Both the position numbers and the translations under genes were made by a program. 32,000 nucleotides of DNA from Sinorhizobium meliloti (GTDB taxonomy: Bacteria > Pseudomonadota > Alphaproteobacteria > Rhizobiales > Rhizobiaceae). Below, piece by piece: positions 17,948 through 26,369 of the stretch (positions are counted from its first letter, which is position 1; each line of letters opens with the position of its first letter). Under the pieces are notes generated by a model that saw nothing but the letters and a program-made list of their open reading frames with translations, did not search any database and was not told where the DNA came from. The stretch covers positions 300,001-332,000 of the forward strand of contig NZ_JAGIOS010000001.1 of assembly GCF_017876815.1 (NCBI RefSeq). The letters run 5' to 3'.

Positions 17948-20044
17948 TCAGGCTGCGCGGCGGCGGCTCGTGGCCTGGTAAGAGGCCGCTTGCGTCTCGC
18001 CCAGTATAAACTGGGCGAGCAGCGCGTTGAGCGCCGCGGCCTCGGATGCGAGGCCGTGACTGGCAGCCGTCTGCTGCTCGACCATAGCGGCATTCTGCTG
18101 GGTGCCCTGGTCCATCGTGTTGACGGCCGTGTTGATCTCCTGGAGACCGGTCGACTGCTCGCGCGTCGCCGTTACGATCGCGCTTACATGCTTGTTGATC
18201 TCCTGCACCTCGACGACGATCGCCTGCAGCGCCCGTCCGGTATCACCGACCAGCGTCACGCCGGAATGCACCTGCTCGCCCGAGGTGGTGATCAGCGCCT
18301 TGATTTCCTTGGCGGCATTGGCCGAGCGTTGGGCGAGTTCGCGCACTTCCTGGGCGACGACAGCGAAACCCTTGCCCGCCTCGCCGGCCCGTGCCGCTTC
18401 GACGCCGGCATTGAGCGCCAGGAGATTGGTCTGGAAGGCGATGTCGTCGATGACGCCGATGATGTTCGAGATTTCTCCGGACGATTTCTCGATGGCGTGC
18501 ATGGCCTCGACCGCATTCTGCACCACCTCGCCGGACTTCTCCGCACCGGCACGGGTGCGGGCGACCAGCGCACCGACTTCCTCGGCCCGGTGGGCGGAAT
18601 CGCGGACGGTGGTGGTGATCTCCTCGAGCGCAGCGGCCGTTTCTTCGACGGATGCCGCCTGCTGTTCGGTGCGGCGTGCGAGGTCGTCGGCGGCCGAGCG
18701 AATCTCCGTCGCGCCCGCGTCGATCGCGCGGGCATTGGCGCCCACTGCGCAAAGCGTGTTGTGCAGCTTGGCGACCGAGTTGTTGAAGTCTTCCCGGAGG
18801 CGATCCAGGCGGTCGGCAAAGGGACTGCCGATCCGATAGGCGAGATCGCCGTCGGCCAGCCGTCCGAGACCCGTCGCCAGCGCATCGACCGCATGCTGAA
18901 CCTCGGCGGCATCGCGGGTCTTCTGCGCCTCGCGCTCGAGACGCTCGCGCTCCGAAAGCGAGCGGTTGGAATCGGCCTCGTCTTCGAGGCGCTTCCGTTC
19001 GACCGCATTGGCACGGAAAACGGCGACGGCCGCCGCCATCGACCCGATCTGGTCGCGCCGCTCCTCTCCCGGGATCGTAACGTCGAGACTGCCGGCTGCG
19101 AGCTTCTCCATGGCACCGGTCATGTCGGTTACCGGACGGATGACGAGGCGGCTCAGAAGCGTGGCGAGGAAGGCGATCATCGCGCCGACCGCCAGGATCG
19201 TGGCGATCGTCGCGGCGACGCGGAACTGGCTGATCGCCGAATAGGCGACATCCGCATCGAGCGCGAAGCCGACATACCATTCGACCGACGGAAGCCCCTT
19301 CACCGGCACGAAGCTCACGAGCATCGGCTTACCGTCGAGCTCGGTGTGCATGATCCCGGTGCCGATCGCCGGCGGATCCACCGGGAAGGCGTCGGCGAGC
19401 GTCTTCGTCACGAGCTTGGCATTGGGATGAACCAGGATCTGGCCATCCTTGTTGGCGAGGAACGCAAAGCCTTCGCCGCCGACGTCGATGCCGTTGACCA
19501 TGGAAACGAGGGCCTTGAGCGAGAAATCGCTGCCCGTCACACCGTAAAGTTTGCCCTCGTGCTTCACCGGTACGGCGGCGCTGATGATCAGGTCGCCGCT
19601 CGACGCGTCGACATAGGGTTCGGTTAGGACGCGCGCATCGGCCTTCACCGCCTGCTGATACCAGGGGCGCTGGCGCGGATCGTAACCGTCGGGCATCTTC
19701 GAGTCCGGCCAGATCATGAACTGGCCGCTCTCGTTGCCGACATAGGTGGAGATGAATTCGCCGGTCAGCACGTCGTTCTTCAGGACGCTCCCGATGGCGG
19801 CTTCGTCAGCCACCTGGCCGGCAGCGTCCGCCGCCATCGCGGTCAGCGTCACACGGCCGTTCAGCCAGTTGGCGACGCTCTGCGCCGCCTGGTTGCCGGA
19901 GGAAGCGATATCCTCCTCCACTGCTTTCGTGGTCGTGGCGCGCTGGAGACTGTCGATATAGACGGAAAAGCCTGCAAAGGCGCCGACGACGACGCAGGAC
20001 GCGGCAACGAGAATGCGCGTCATGAGATTCGATCGTTTGGACAA
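17948..20044 (-). CDS. mcpU: methyl-accepting chemotaxis protein with periplasmic dCache sensor, HAMP and MCP signalling domains (probable McpU ortholog)
   Basis: The [12 protein letters not shown] Cache motif lies between two TM segments. Highly conserved hairpin tip [51 protein letters not shown] start at 20044 ([12 protein letters not shown]...) follows GGGAGC and gives 698 aa. The symbol rests on my recollection of dxs-tlyA-methyltransferase-mcpU synteny in S. meliloti, not on a search. Confidence 0.85.
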   Translation of the reverse strand: MSKRSNLMTRILVAASCVVVGAFAGFSVYIDSLQRATTTKAVEEDIASSGNQAAQSVANWLNGRVTLTAMAADAAGQVADEAAIGSVLKNDVLTGEFISTYVGNESGQFMIWPDSKMPDGYDPRQRPWYQQAVKADARVLTEPYVDASSGDLIISAAVPVKHEGKLYGVTGSDFSLKALVSMVNGIDVGGEGFAFLANKDGQILVHPNAKLVTKTLADAFPVDPPAIGTGIMHTELDGKPMLVSFVPVKGLPSVEWYVGFALDADVAYSAISQFRVAATIATILAVGAMIAFLATLLSRLVIRPVTDMTGAMEKLAAGSLDVTIPGEERRDQIGSMAAAVAVFRANAVERKRLEDEADSNRSLSERERLEREAQKTRDAAEVQHAVDALATGLGRLADGDLAYRIGSPFADRLDRLREDFNNSVAKLHNTLCAVGANARAIDAGATEIRSAADDLARRTEQQAASVEETAAALEEITTTVRDSAHRAEEVGALVARTRAGAEKSGEVVQNAVEAMHAIEKSSGEISNIIGVIDDIAFQTNLLALNAGVEAARAGEAGKGFAVVAQEVRELAQRSANAAKEIKALITTSGEQVHSGVTLVGDTGRALQAIVVEVQEINKHVSAIVTATREQSTGLQEINTAVNTMDQGTQQNAAMVEQQTAASHGLASEAAALNALLAQFILGETQAASYQATSRRRAA

Positions 20045-20327
20045 GGTGGGGCTCCCTGAAAGAGGCGGCATCGCCGCCGGGGATGAGCTCGTGATGATTT
20101 TCCCGGGCGCGACGGATCGGCCGCTGAGCGACTTGAAGGACGGCGGGAAAACGATGGGACATGCCGCAAAGGCGGAGCCGGCAATGCTTCATGCGGCCGG
20201 GGGCCTCGCGTGCCGCAAAATTCCTGCGGCGCCGAAGGAGACCTACTGCGGCTGGACGCTAGCGGGAGCTATTTAAGAAGCGATTAAAATTGCTCCATGA
20301 ACGTCGCAATGGCCGGAAGCGACCGCC

Positions 20328-21080
20328 CTACCGGCGCATGAAGGCTTCGAACGCGGCGCGCGCCTCGGCGCTTTTCAATTGCGCGGCAAAATGCTTCGCC
20401 TCCTCCTCGATCCGGGCAAGCACATCGCTGCGGTCGCCGCGAATGAGGTCGCGGGCGATGCGCAGCGCTTCCGGCGGTTTTTTTGCGAGGCGCGCTGCAG
20501 CTGAAAGCGTCTCCTCCTCGACGGCGGTCTCTTCCACGATCTTCCAGATCAGCCCGGCCTCGCGCGCACCGGCGGCGTCAAGCGGCTCGCCGGCTGCAAG
20601 CAGGGCAAAGGCGCGCTGATGGCCCATGATGCGCGGAGCGATCAGGCTCGAGGCCGCTTCCGGAACGAGCGCCAGATCGACGAAGGGGGTCTTGAACACC
20701 GAGCGGGCGGAGGAGACCGTCAGGTCGCAATGGAGGTGGATGGTCGTGCCGATGCCGATCGCCAGTCCGTCGACGCCGGACACGATCGGTTTCGTCGCGC
20801 CGGCAAGCGCCCGCAGGAAATCCAGAACCTCGCCCCCCATGCTGCCCCCCATGGCGAAGGCGAGGAAGTCGGCCATGTCGTTGCCGGCCGAGAAGCACCC
20901 TTCCGTTCCGAGGAATGCCATCGCGCGAATGGCGGGATCCGTTCCGGCAGCGGTCAGCGCCTCCGTCATCCTGGCGTACATCTGGCGGGTGATGGCGTTC
21001 TTCTTCTCAGGCCGATTGAACCGGATGAGCTGAACGCCGGGATAGGCATCCGGCCGTTCGACGAGCACGTGGTCGGTCAT
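20328..21080 (-). CDS. enoyl-CoA hydratase/isomerase (crotonase) family protein
   Basis: IRFNRPEKKNAI and FSAGNDMADF crotonase motifs. RBS GAGGAAA. Lies 9 nt downstream of the acyl-CoA dehydrogenase gene. Confidence 0.9.
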   Translation of the reverse strand: MTDHVLVERPDAYPGVQLIRFNRPEKKNAITRQMYARMTEALTAAGTDPAIRAMAFLGTEGCFSAGNDMADFLAFAMGGSMGGEVLDFLRALAGATKPIVSGVDGLAIGIGTTIHLHCDLTVSSARSVFKTPFVDLALVPEAASSLIAPRIMGHQRAFALLAAGEPLDAAGAREAGLIWKIVEETAVEEETLSAAARLAKKPPEALRIARDLIRGDRSDVLARIEEEAKHFAAQLKSAEARAAFEAFMRR

Positions 21081-21089
21081 GAGGTTTCC

Positions 21090-22871
21090 TCAGTCGAGTA
21101 TGGAACGGGCAGCGGCAAGGCTCTCTGCGCCGTTGACGACGCGGTCCTTGAGCGCGCTCGTCTCCGAAAGCAGATTTTCCGCTGCGAAGCGGCAAAGTGC
21201 AACGCGCCGGTCCTGCCCCCCGTCACCGGCTTCGGCGAGCCCGCCCTTGGCGAGATAGACCCCGGTCAGCACGAGGCCGAACAGGCGCTGATAGGCGGTC
21301 GCGCCGGCGAGCGCCTCGGCAAGCTTTCCGTCGCGCAGCCTCGAAAGCAGCCAGTCGGTCGCCCCTTCGAGATCCGCAACCGCCGCATCGAGCCGTGCGG
21401 CCGTTTCGCCGAAGCCTTCCCTGTTCGACGCGGCGACGGCAGCGGCGACCTCCCGGAGTTCGGCGATGAAGCCGCGCACCTGTGCGCCATCGGAAAGCGG
21501 CAGCTTGCGGGTGACGAGGTCGATCGCCTGGATGCCGTTGGTGCCTTCGTAGATCGGCGCGATGCGGGCGTCGCGAAGATAGCGCGCGGCCCCGGTCTCC
21601 TCGATGAATCCCATGCCGCCGTGGACCTGAATGCCCATCGAGGCGACGTCGACGCCGGCGTCGGTGGCGAAGGACTTGGCGATCGGCGTCAGCAGGCTCG
21701 AACGCTCCTGCCACTGGCGGGCGTCCTCGCCTTGCGCGGCATGCGCCATGTCGACGGCGTGGGCGCAGGCATAGGCGATGGCGCGCGATCCTTGGGTCAG
21801 CGCCTTCATCGTCAGCAGCGTGCGGGCAATATCCGGATGCTCGATGATCGGACTCATGCCGTCGCCGCTCCACCCGGGCGCGCGGCCCTGCGTGCGCTCC
21901 TTGGCATAGGCGATCGCCTTCTGGGTGGCGGCCTCCGCGATCGCGACGCCCTGCATCCCGACGGCAAGCCGCGCATTGTTCATCATCGTGAACATGCAGG
22001 CGAGACCCCGGTTTTCCTCACCGACCAGATAGCCGATCGCCCCCTTCTCGCGGCCGAATTTCCCGTCGCCGTAGATCATGGTGCAGGTCGGCGATCCGTG
22101 GATGCCGAGCTTGTGCTCCAGCGAATGGCAGAAAACGTCGTTTCGCTCGCCAAGCGAACCATCCTCGTTGACGAGGAACTTCGGCACGAGAAACAGCGAA
22201 ATGCCCTTCGTCCCGGCTGGCGCATCGGGTAGCCGCGCGAGTACCAGATGGACGATATTGTCGGTGAAATCGTGCTCGCCCCAGGTGATGAAGATCTTCT
22301 GCCCCAGGATGCGATAGGTGCCGTCGTCGCGGCGCTCTGCGCGGGTCTTGAGCACGCCGAGGTCCGAGCCGGCATGCGGCTCGGTCAGGTTCATGGTCCC
22401 CATCCATTCGCCCGACACCATCTTCGGCAGGAAGGTCGCCTTCAGAGCGTCGGTGCCGTGCTTCTCGAGCGCTTCGATGGCGCCCATGGTGAGCGTCGGC
22501 GCAAGTGCGAAGGCCATTGAGCCGCTGTTCCACATTTCCATGGCGGCGACGTGCAGCATGTGCGGCAGGTTCTGCCCGCCGAAGGCTTCCGGAGCCGTCA
22601 GGCCGTTCCAGCCGCCGGCAATCCAGTTGCGGTAGAGTTCCCGCCAACCCTCCGGCGTCTTGACGGCGCCATCGACGAGCCGCGACCCCTGCCGGTCGCC
22701 CGCGTCGCCGAGCGGCGCCACCTCTTCCGAGGCGAAGCGCCCGGCCTCGCCGAGGATCGCGTCGACAAGGTCCTCGCCGAGTTCGCCGAACGTCCCGGCG
22801 TCGAGAGCCTCGGCCATGCCGGCAACATGCTTCAGGGTGAATGCGATCTCCTCGACCGGTGCCTTGTACAT
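21090..22871 (-). CDS. long (593 aa) acyl-CoA dehydrogenase with extended C-terminal domain
   Basis: NLTEPHAGSDLG, KIFITWGEHD and IYEGTNGIQAIDL motifs. RBS GGGGAGGAG. Confidence 0.9.
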   Translation of the reverse strand: MYKAPVEEIAFTLKHVAGMAEALDAGTFGELGEDLVDAILGEAGRFASEEVAPLGDAGDRQGSRLVDGAVKTPEGWRELYRNWIAGGWNGLTAPEAFGGQNLPHMLHVAAMEMWNSGSMAFALAPTLTMGAIEALEKHGTDALKATFLPKMVSGEWMGTMNLTEPHAGSDLGVLKTRAERRDDGTYRILGQKIFITWGEHDFTDNIVHLVLARLPDAPAGTKGISLFLVPKFLVNEDGSLGERNDVFCHSLEHKLGIHGSPTCTMIYGDGKFGREKGAIGYLVGEENRGLACMFTMMNNARLAVGMQGVAIAEAATQKAIAYAKERTQGRAPGWSGDGMSPIIEHPDIARTLLTMKALTQGSRAIAYACAHAVDMAHAAQGEDARQWQERSSLLTPIAKSFATDAGVDVASMGIQVHGGMGFIEETGAARYLRDARIAPIYEGTNGIQAIDLVTRKLPLSDGAQVRGFIAELREVAAAVAASNREGFGETAARLDAAVADLEGATDWLLSRLRDGKLAEALAGATAYQRLFGLVLTGVYLAKGGLAEAGDGGQDRRVALCRFAAENLLSETSALKDRVVNGAESLAAARSILD

Positions 22872-22927
22872 GGTGCTCCTCCCCTGCTTCCGCCGGCGCC
22901 TATTGGATGGGCGGCAGACTAGCTAAT

Positions 22928-22948
22928 TTTACGTGAACGTCAACGTCA
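22928..22948. promoter_or_regulatory. candidate operator: imperfect palindrome TTTACGT-GA-ACGTCAA extending into three phased ACGTSA hexamers
   Basis: Lies in the 177-bp divergent region between the acyl-CoA dehydrogenase and the zntB-like gene. ACGT cores at 22931, 22937 and 22943. No cognate regulator is present in the window. Confidence 0.3.
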
Positions 22949-23048
22949 CTCACTACATCCGGACGGCGACTGCGGCCGGGCAACTTTAACAAAACTGTCA
23001 CGGGCCGCGAATAGAAGCCGTCTCGACCGATCCGGCCGAGGCACTGCG

Positions 23049-24038
23049 ATGAATCTGATCTCACCCGATATACCGGGCCTCGTCTGGGCCTACCGGTTCG
23101 TACCGGGAGAAAGCCGGTGCCGGCGCATAGCCGCCGATTCGCCCGTCGAGAGCCTTGAGGCAGGCGAAGACTGGGTCTGGCTGCACCTCGCGCTCAGCGA
23201 CGCACGCACACCGGCGCTGATCGAGCGCATCGGAAATCTCCCGCAGGAGGCAATCGCCACCCTGACGAGTCACGACACGCAGGCCGCGATCACGGTGGCG
23301 GACGACGTCGTGCACGGCACTCTGGTCGATTTCGAGCGGACATTCGATGCGGTGACGCAGACGATCGGCTGGCTTCATTTTGCCGTCAGCGACCGGATGA
23401 TCATCACCACGCGCCTGCATCCGCTGAGAAGTGTCGATCGCGTGAAAGCGGCCGTGGAGAAGAGCGCCAGATGCCGCCGCCCTATCGACCTCTTCGAGAT
23501 GCTCGTCGTGGAGTTCCAGCGCACTCTGATCACGCTGGTGCTCGAGCTGACGGAGGAATTGAACGTCATAGAGGACCATGTCTATGGGGAGGCCGGGCAC
23601 AGCAAGCAGCCGGGCCTGGCGCCATTGCGCCGGACCGTCGTGCGGCTGCACCGGCACCTGCGGACGGTGCTCGCCCTGTTGCGCCGGGCCGGAGCCCTGG
23701 AAGAGGACGAGGTGCCGCCGGGCTTTATCGACGTGGCCGAGAGACTTTCGGATCGGCTGGAGGCCGTCGACCGGGATGTCTTCGCCCTCCAGGAACGCGC
23801 GAGGCTGCTGCACGAGGAAATCGACAGCAAGATTTCCTCGGAAACGAATCGTCACCTCTATATCCTCTCGCTGATGACCGCCTTCCTGCTGCCGCCAACG
23901 CTCGTCACCGGCTTCTTCGGCATGAACACGGGGGCGCTCCCCTTTTCCGAGGGCAGCGGCACCAATTTTGCGGGCATGCTCATTGCCTCGTCCATGGGCC
24001 TTGCCTGGATCGTCCTCAAGCGCATCGGCATTATCTGA
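23049..24038 (+). CDS. zntB: CorA-superfamily divalent cation transporter, ZntB-like
   Basis: Soluble N-terminal domain followed by two C-terminal TM helices carrying GFFGMNTG (GMN motif). RBS GAGG. Confidence 0.8.
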   Translation: MNLISPDIPGLVWAYRFVPGESRCRRIAADSPVESLEAGEDWVWLHLALSDARTPALIERIGNLPQEAIATLTSHDTQAAITVADDVVHGTLVDFERTFDAVTQTIGWLHFAVSDRMIITTRLHPLRSVDRVKAAVEKSARCRRPIDLFEMLVVEFQRTLITLVLELTEELNVIEDHVYGEAGHSKQPGLAPLRRTVVRLHRHLRTVLALLRRAGALEEDEVPPGFIDVAERLSDRLEAVDRDVFALQERARLLHEEIDSKISSETNRHLYILSLMTAFLLPPTLVTGFFGMNTGALPFSEGSGTNFAGMLIASSMGLAWIVLKRIGII

Positions 24039-24051
24039 GAGGCGATCTGCG

Positions 24052-24097
24052 CAGCTATAGGGCGAATAGCACTGCCGGCGGGGCCGTTGCCTTGGGG
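24052..24097 (-). pseudogene. relic copy of the BA14K gene 3' end (direct-repeat copy A)
   Basis: 24052-24083 is identical to 24635-24666. After a 1-nt G-run difference, 24084-24088 equals 24668-24672. In copy A the TGA is changed to TGC and the frame is broken, relative to ...NGPRRQCYSPYS* in the intact gene. Confidence 0.5.
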
Positions 24098-24303
24098 AGA
24101 AACCGGCTGGCTCGCAGTTATGCGGTCTGCCGACGGCATCGTTTGGGAGGCGTGAAGGTCAAGCCGCTTGTGGTCTCCCCCCTTGTGGGGCAGGGGAATC
24201 GCATATGCGGAACAGGCATGGAACATCGAAGGGTTTGTTCTCGATGCGATTCCGTTCTGTTCGCCATTCGATTCCTCGAAATCGGCCATATGCGAAAGCC
24301 CTA

Positions 24304-24494
24304 CCTTGTGGGGGAGATGGCCGGCAGGCCAGAGGGGGTTGAACGCAAAACTCTGCATGCCGCCGAAATCGAATTTGCCGCGAGGATACCCTGCGGCAAT
24401 CCGAAGATGCGGTCATACGACTGCGTCATGTAGTGCTGACGGGCGAGCAGGAGAGCAGACCCCCTCTGGCCTGCCGGCCATCTCCCCCACAAGG
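24304..24494. repeat. perfect 36-bp inverted repeat pair (arms 24304-24339 and 24459-24494) with 119-nt spacer
   Basis: CCTTGTGGGGGAGATGGCCGGCAGGCCAGAGGGGGT and its exact reverse complement, checked base by base. The arms belong to the same short repeat family as 12556-12627. Confidence 0.9.
24368..24433 (+). pseudogene. possible relic of a SPOR-domain gene 3' end
   Basis: Translates EIEFAARIPCGNPKMRSYDCVM*, compared with the carboxypeptidase tail REAAATACSILKKRSYDCVLL. By hand count, 20 of 24 nt are identical between 24407-24430 and 2336-2359. No upstream coding body remains. Confidence 0.3.
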
Positions 24495-24633
24495 GGGGAG
24501 AATATTTACGGCAGGCTCTCGCTTCCACTTCTGCGTTCTGCCCGTGGCATCGTTTGGGCACGTGAAGTCAAAACCGCTTATCCGCCCAAGGCAATGGTCC
24601 CGTGAGAGGATCAGAGTGTGTATATGCCCTAGC

Positions 24634-25047
24634 TCAGCTATAGGGCGAATAGCACTGCCGGCGGGGGCCGTTATAGGGCTGATAACTGTTGTCGTAGGCC
24701 CTGTAAGAGCGATAGCGATCATAGCACCATTGGACATGCCGGCTGCCGTAACGGACCGGCGGGCGGTAAGCGGGACGGCGCTCGATTACGATTCCGAAAG
24801 CAGCCGGCGGGTACCACCAGCCCCGGTAATAGCGATAGCCGGGGCGCTGGTAGCGGTAACCACGGTGACCGTTGTAATAATAGAAGTCGCCATACCGGTA
24901 ATAGCCACGCCTAGGCGCATACTGAACGTCCGTGACGGCGCTCTCGGCGGCAACCCGCGGGGGCAGAGGCGTGAAAGCCTGCGACGGCACCGCCGATGCC
25001 GCCAGCACGAGCGCTGCAAGCGCGCCCGAAAGCCATTTGCGTGACAT
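24634..25047 (-). CDS. BA14K family secreted protein
   Basis: Signal peptide MSRKWLSGALAALVLAASAVPSQA, a Tyr/Arg/Pro-rich body, and the C-terminal BA14K motif WCYDRYRSYRAYDNSYQPYNGPRRQCYSPY. The second of two ATGs (25047) has better spacing from GAGGAGG. Confidence 0.85.
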   Translation of the reverse strand: MSRKWLSGALAALVLAASAVPSQAFTPLPPRVAAESAVTDVQYAPRRGYYRYGDFYYYNGHRGYRYQRPGYRYYRGWWYPPAAFGIVIERRPAYRPPVRYGSRHVQWCYDRYRSYRAYDNSYQPYNGPRRQCYSPYS

Positions 25048-25306
25048 CATTTCCTCCTCGCATTCGATTTCGCGTACAACCGGCCCTTGCAGGGGCGATA
25101 TACCAAGACTAGAGCAGAAATCGCCGGAAGCAACTGCTGCGCGCGGATGCAGCAATGGAAAAATCCCTCCGTCGGTACAATCCTGGGCGGAATCGGGCCG
25201 TCGACTTTGCCTCTTGAGGTCGGTGTACAGAAGTGTTCGCCTCGCGCAGATTGGGGCCGGGGCTGAGATTTACGACCTCTTAACGCTAAGTCGGCAATCT
25301 CAGAGA

Positions 25307-26368
25307 ATGGAAAAGCGGGGAATCTCGATCATAGGGATGATCTTGCGCCTGGCAGTCCTCATGGGCCTGACCTTCGCGGCGGCGAACGCACGCGCTAGCG
25401 AAGTGGAGCCGTGGAAAGAGCGGCGGAACGCCATCATCGTCGACGCTTACGAGCTGAACAGCATCGACTGGGAAGCCATGCTGAAGGACAAGCGGATCGC
25501 GGGCTTCATCGCGAAGGCTTCCGACGGCCTGCCGGAAAGCTACACCTGTACCGGTGACCACGGCGGCGATACGGTTGCCCATTGCAGGACGATGTGGCGC
25601 AAATATGCGGTCAGCCGCGAACTCTATCAGACGCGCCGGATGCTCGCGCGCTCGCATGGTCTGCTCTGGGGCGCCTATCATCTCGCAAGGCCTGGCAACC
25701 CCGTCGATCAGGCGAACCACTTCATCGACTATGCCGATCCGCGCGACGACGAGCTGATGGTGCTCGATATCGAAGGGATCGATCCGGAAAAATACATGTC
25801 GCTCGAAGACGCCGCGATCTTCGCCGGCCATGTGAAGGCCCGGACGGGGCGCTATCCCGTCCTCTACACCAACCACGCAACCGCGAAACACATTGCCGCC
25901 AACCGCATCAAGCATCGGCTTCTTTCGCGCCTTCCGCTCTGGTATGCGCGCTACAAGCCCGATATCCGTAAAGTCTTTCCGATGGGAAACTGGGACCGCT
26001 ACGCGCTCTGGCAATTCTCCTCGGCGCATAATTGCGGAAAGAAGCGCTGCCCCTATCGGGTGCCCGGCACCCTCGACGATATAGACGTGAATGTCGCAGC
26101 GATGAGTGCATCGGCACTGAAGAGCGTCTGGCCTCATGGCGCGCTTCTTCCGGAGAAGCCGCCGGTGCTCACTGTTATCGCCTCGGCCACCGTCGGCACG
26201 ATCCCGGCGCTGAACGCAAATGCGACGACCACTCTTTCGCGGCCGCTCGTGATAAGCCGCGCCGAGGCGGAGAGCGGATCAGGAGCCGGCGCCGACGAGA
26301 CGGTTACCGGCTCCATCGCCGTCAGGGCCGCCGAGGCACGCCTGCCCTACCAATCCGAGCGGCGTTAA
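25307..26368 (+). CDS. secreted glycoside hydrolase family 25 muramidase (lysozyme-like) with low-complexity C-terminal tail
   Basis: N-terminal TM/signal segment, then GH25 blocks: IVDAYELNSIDWEAM, FIAKASDG, GAYHLARPG, MVLDIEG, VLYTN, LWYARY, ALWQFSS and DIDVNV. The track ORF start at 24932 is an in-frame extension overlapping the BA14K gene. The start at 25307 lacks a clear SD. Confidence 0.75.
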   Translation: MEKRGISIIGMILRLAVLMGLTFAAANARASEVEPWKERRNAIIVDAYELNSIDWEAMLKDKRIAGFIAKASDGLPESYTCTGDHGGDTVAHCRTMWRKYAVSRELYQTRRMLARSHGLLWGAYHLARPGNPVDQANHFIDYADPRDDELMVLDIEGIDPEKYMSLEDAAIFAGHVKARTGRYPVLYTNHATAKHIAANRIKHRLLSRLPLWYARYKPDIRKVFPMGNWDRYALWQFSSAHNCGKKRCPYRVPGTLDDIDVNVAAMSASALKSVWPHGALLPEKPPVLTVIASATVGTIPALNANATTTLSRPLVISRAEAESGSGAGADETVTGSIAVRAAEARLPYQSERR

Positions 26369-26369
26369 C

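Larger units (their letters stand above)
24040..24633. repeat. non-coding mosaic of direct and inverted repeats (~595 bp)
   Basis: No ORF here has coding-like third-position GC or a family match. It contains the sub-repeats listed separately. It also holds a ~85% identical direct pair GGCATCGTTTGGG...CGTGAAG..TCAA..CCGCTT (24135-24169 and 24546-24579), a deleted partial element (24174-24196), and dense short palindromes at 24196-24300. Confidence 0.75.

Noticed and set aside
17936-19627. 563-aa + strand ORF (plus nested ORFs 18102-18839, 18243-19280 and 18292-19116)
   Set aside because: It overlaps the chemoreceptor gene, whose conserved signalling hairpin is unmistakable. The composition is shadow-like.
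20619-22232. 537-aa + strand ORF
   Set aside because: Antisense to the enoyl-CoA hydratase and acyl-CoA dehydrogenase genes. No motifs, and Arg/Gly-rich.
23858-24605. ORFs 23858-24358 (-), 24168-24605 (+), 24301-24561 (-) and 24433-25044 (+) in the repeat region
   Set aside because: They are translations of palindromic repeats (peptides such as PLWPAGHLPHK and VGEMAGRPEG). They read equally well on both strands, have no start context and overlap one another.
24040-24680. Possible CRISPR array, or an IS/MITE
   Set aside because: The repeats are heterogeneous, irregularly spaced and partly inverted, so this is not a CRISPR array, and no cas genes are present. No transposase ORF is present. 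The flanking 37/38-nt duplication is far longer than a target-site duplication, and terminal inverted repeats directly abutting it are lacking, so a classical IS or MITE is not supported.
25307-26368. Prophage lysis cassette implied by the GH25 lysozyme
   Set aside because: No holin, spanin, capsid, tail, integrase or att-like features lie within the flanking 10 kb. The neighbours are ordinary chromosomal genes.
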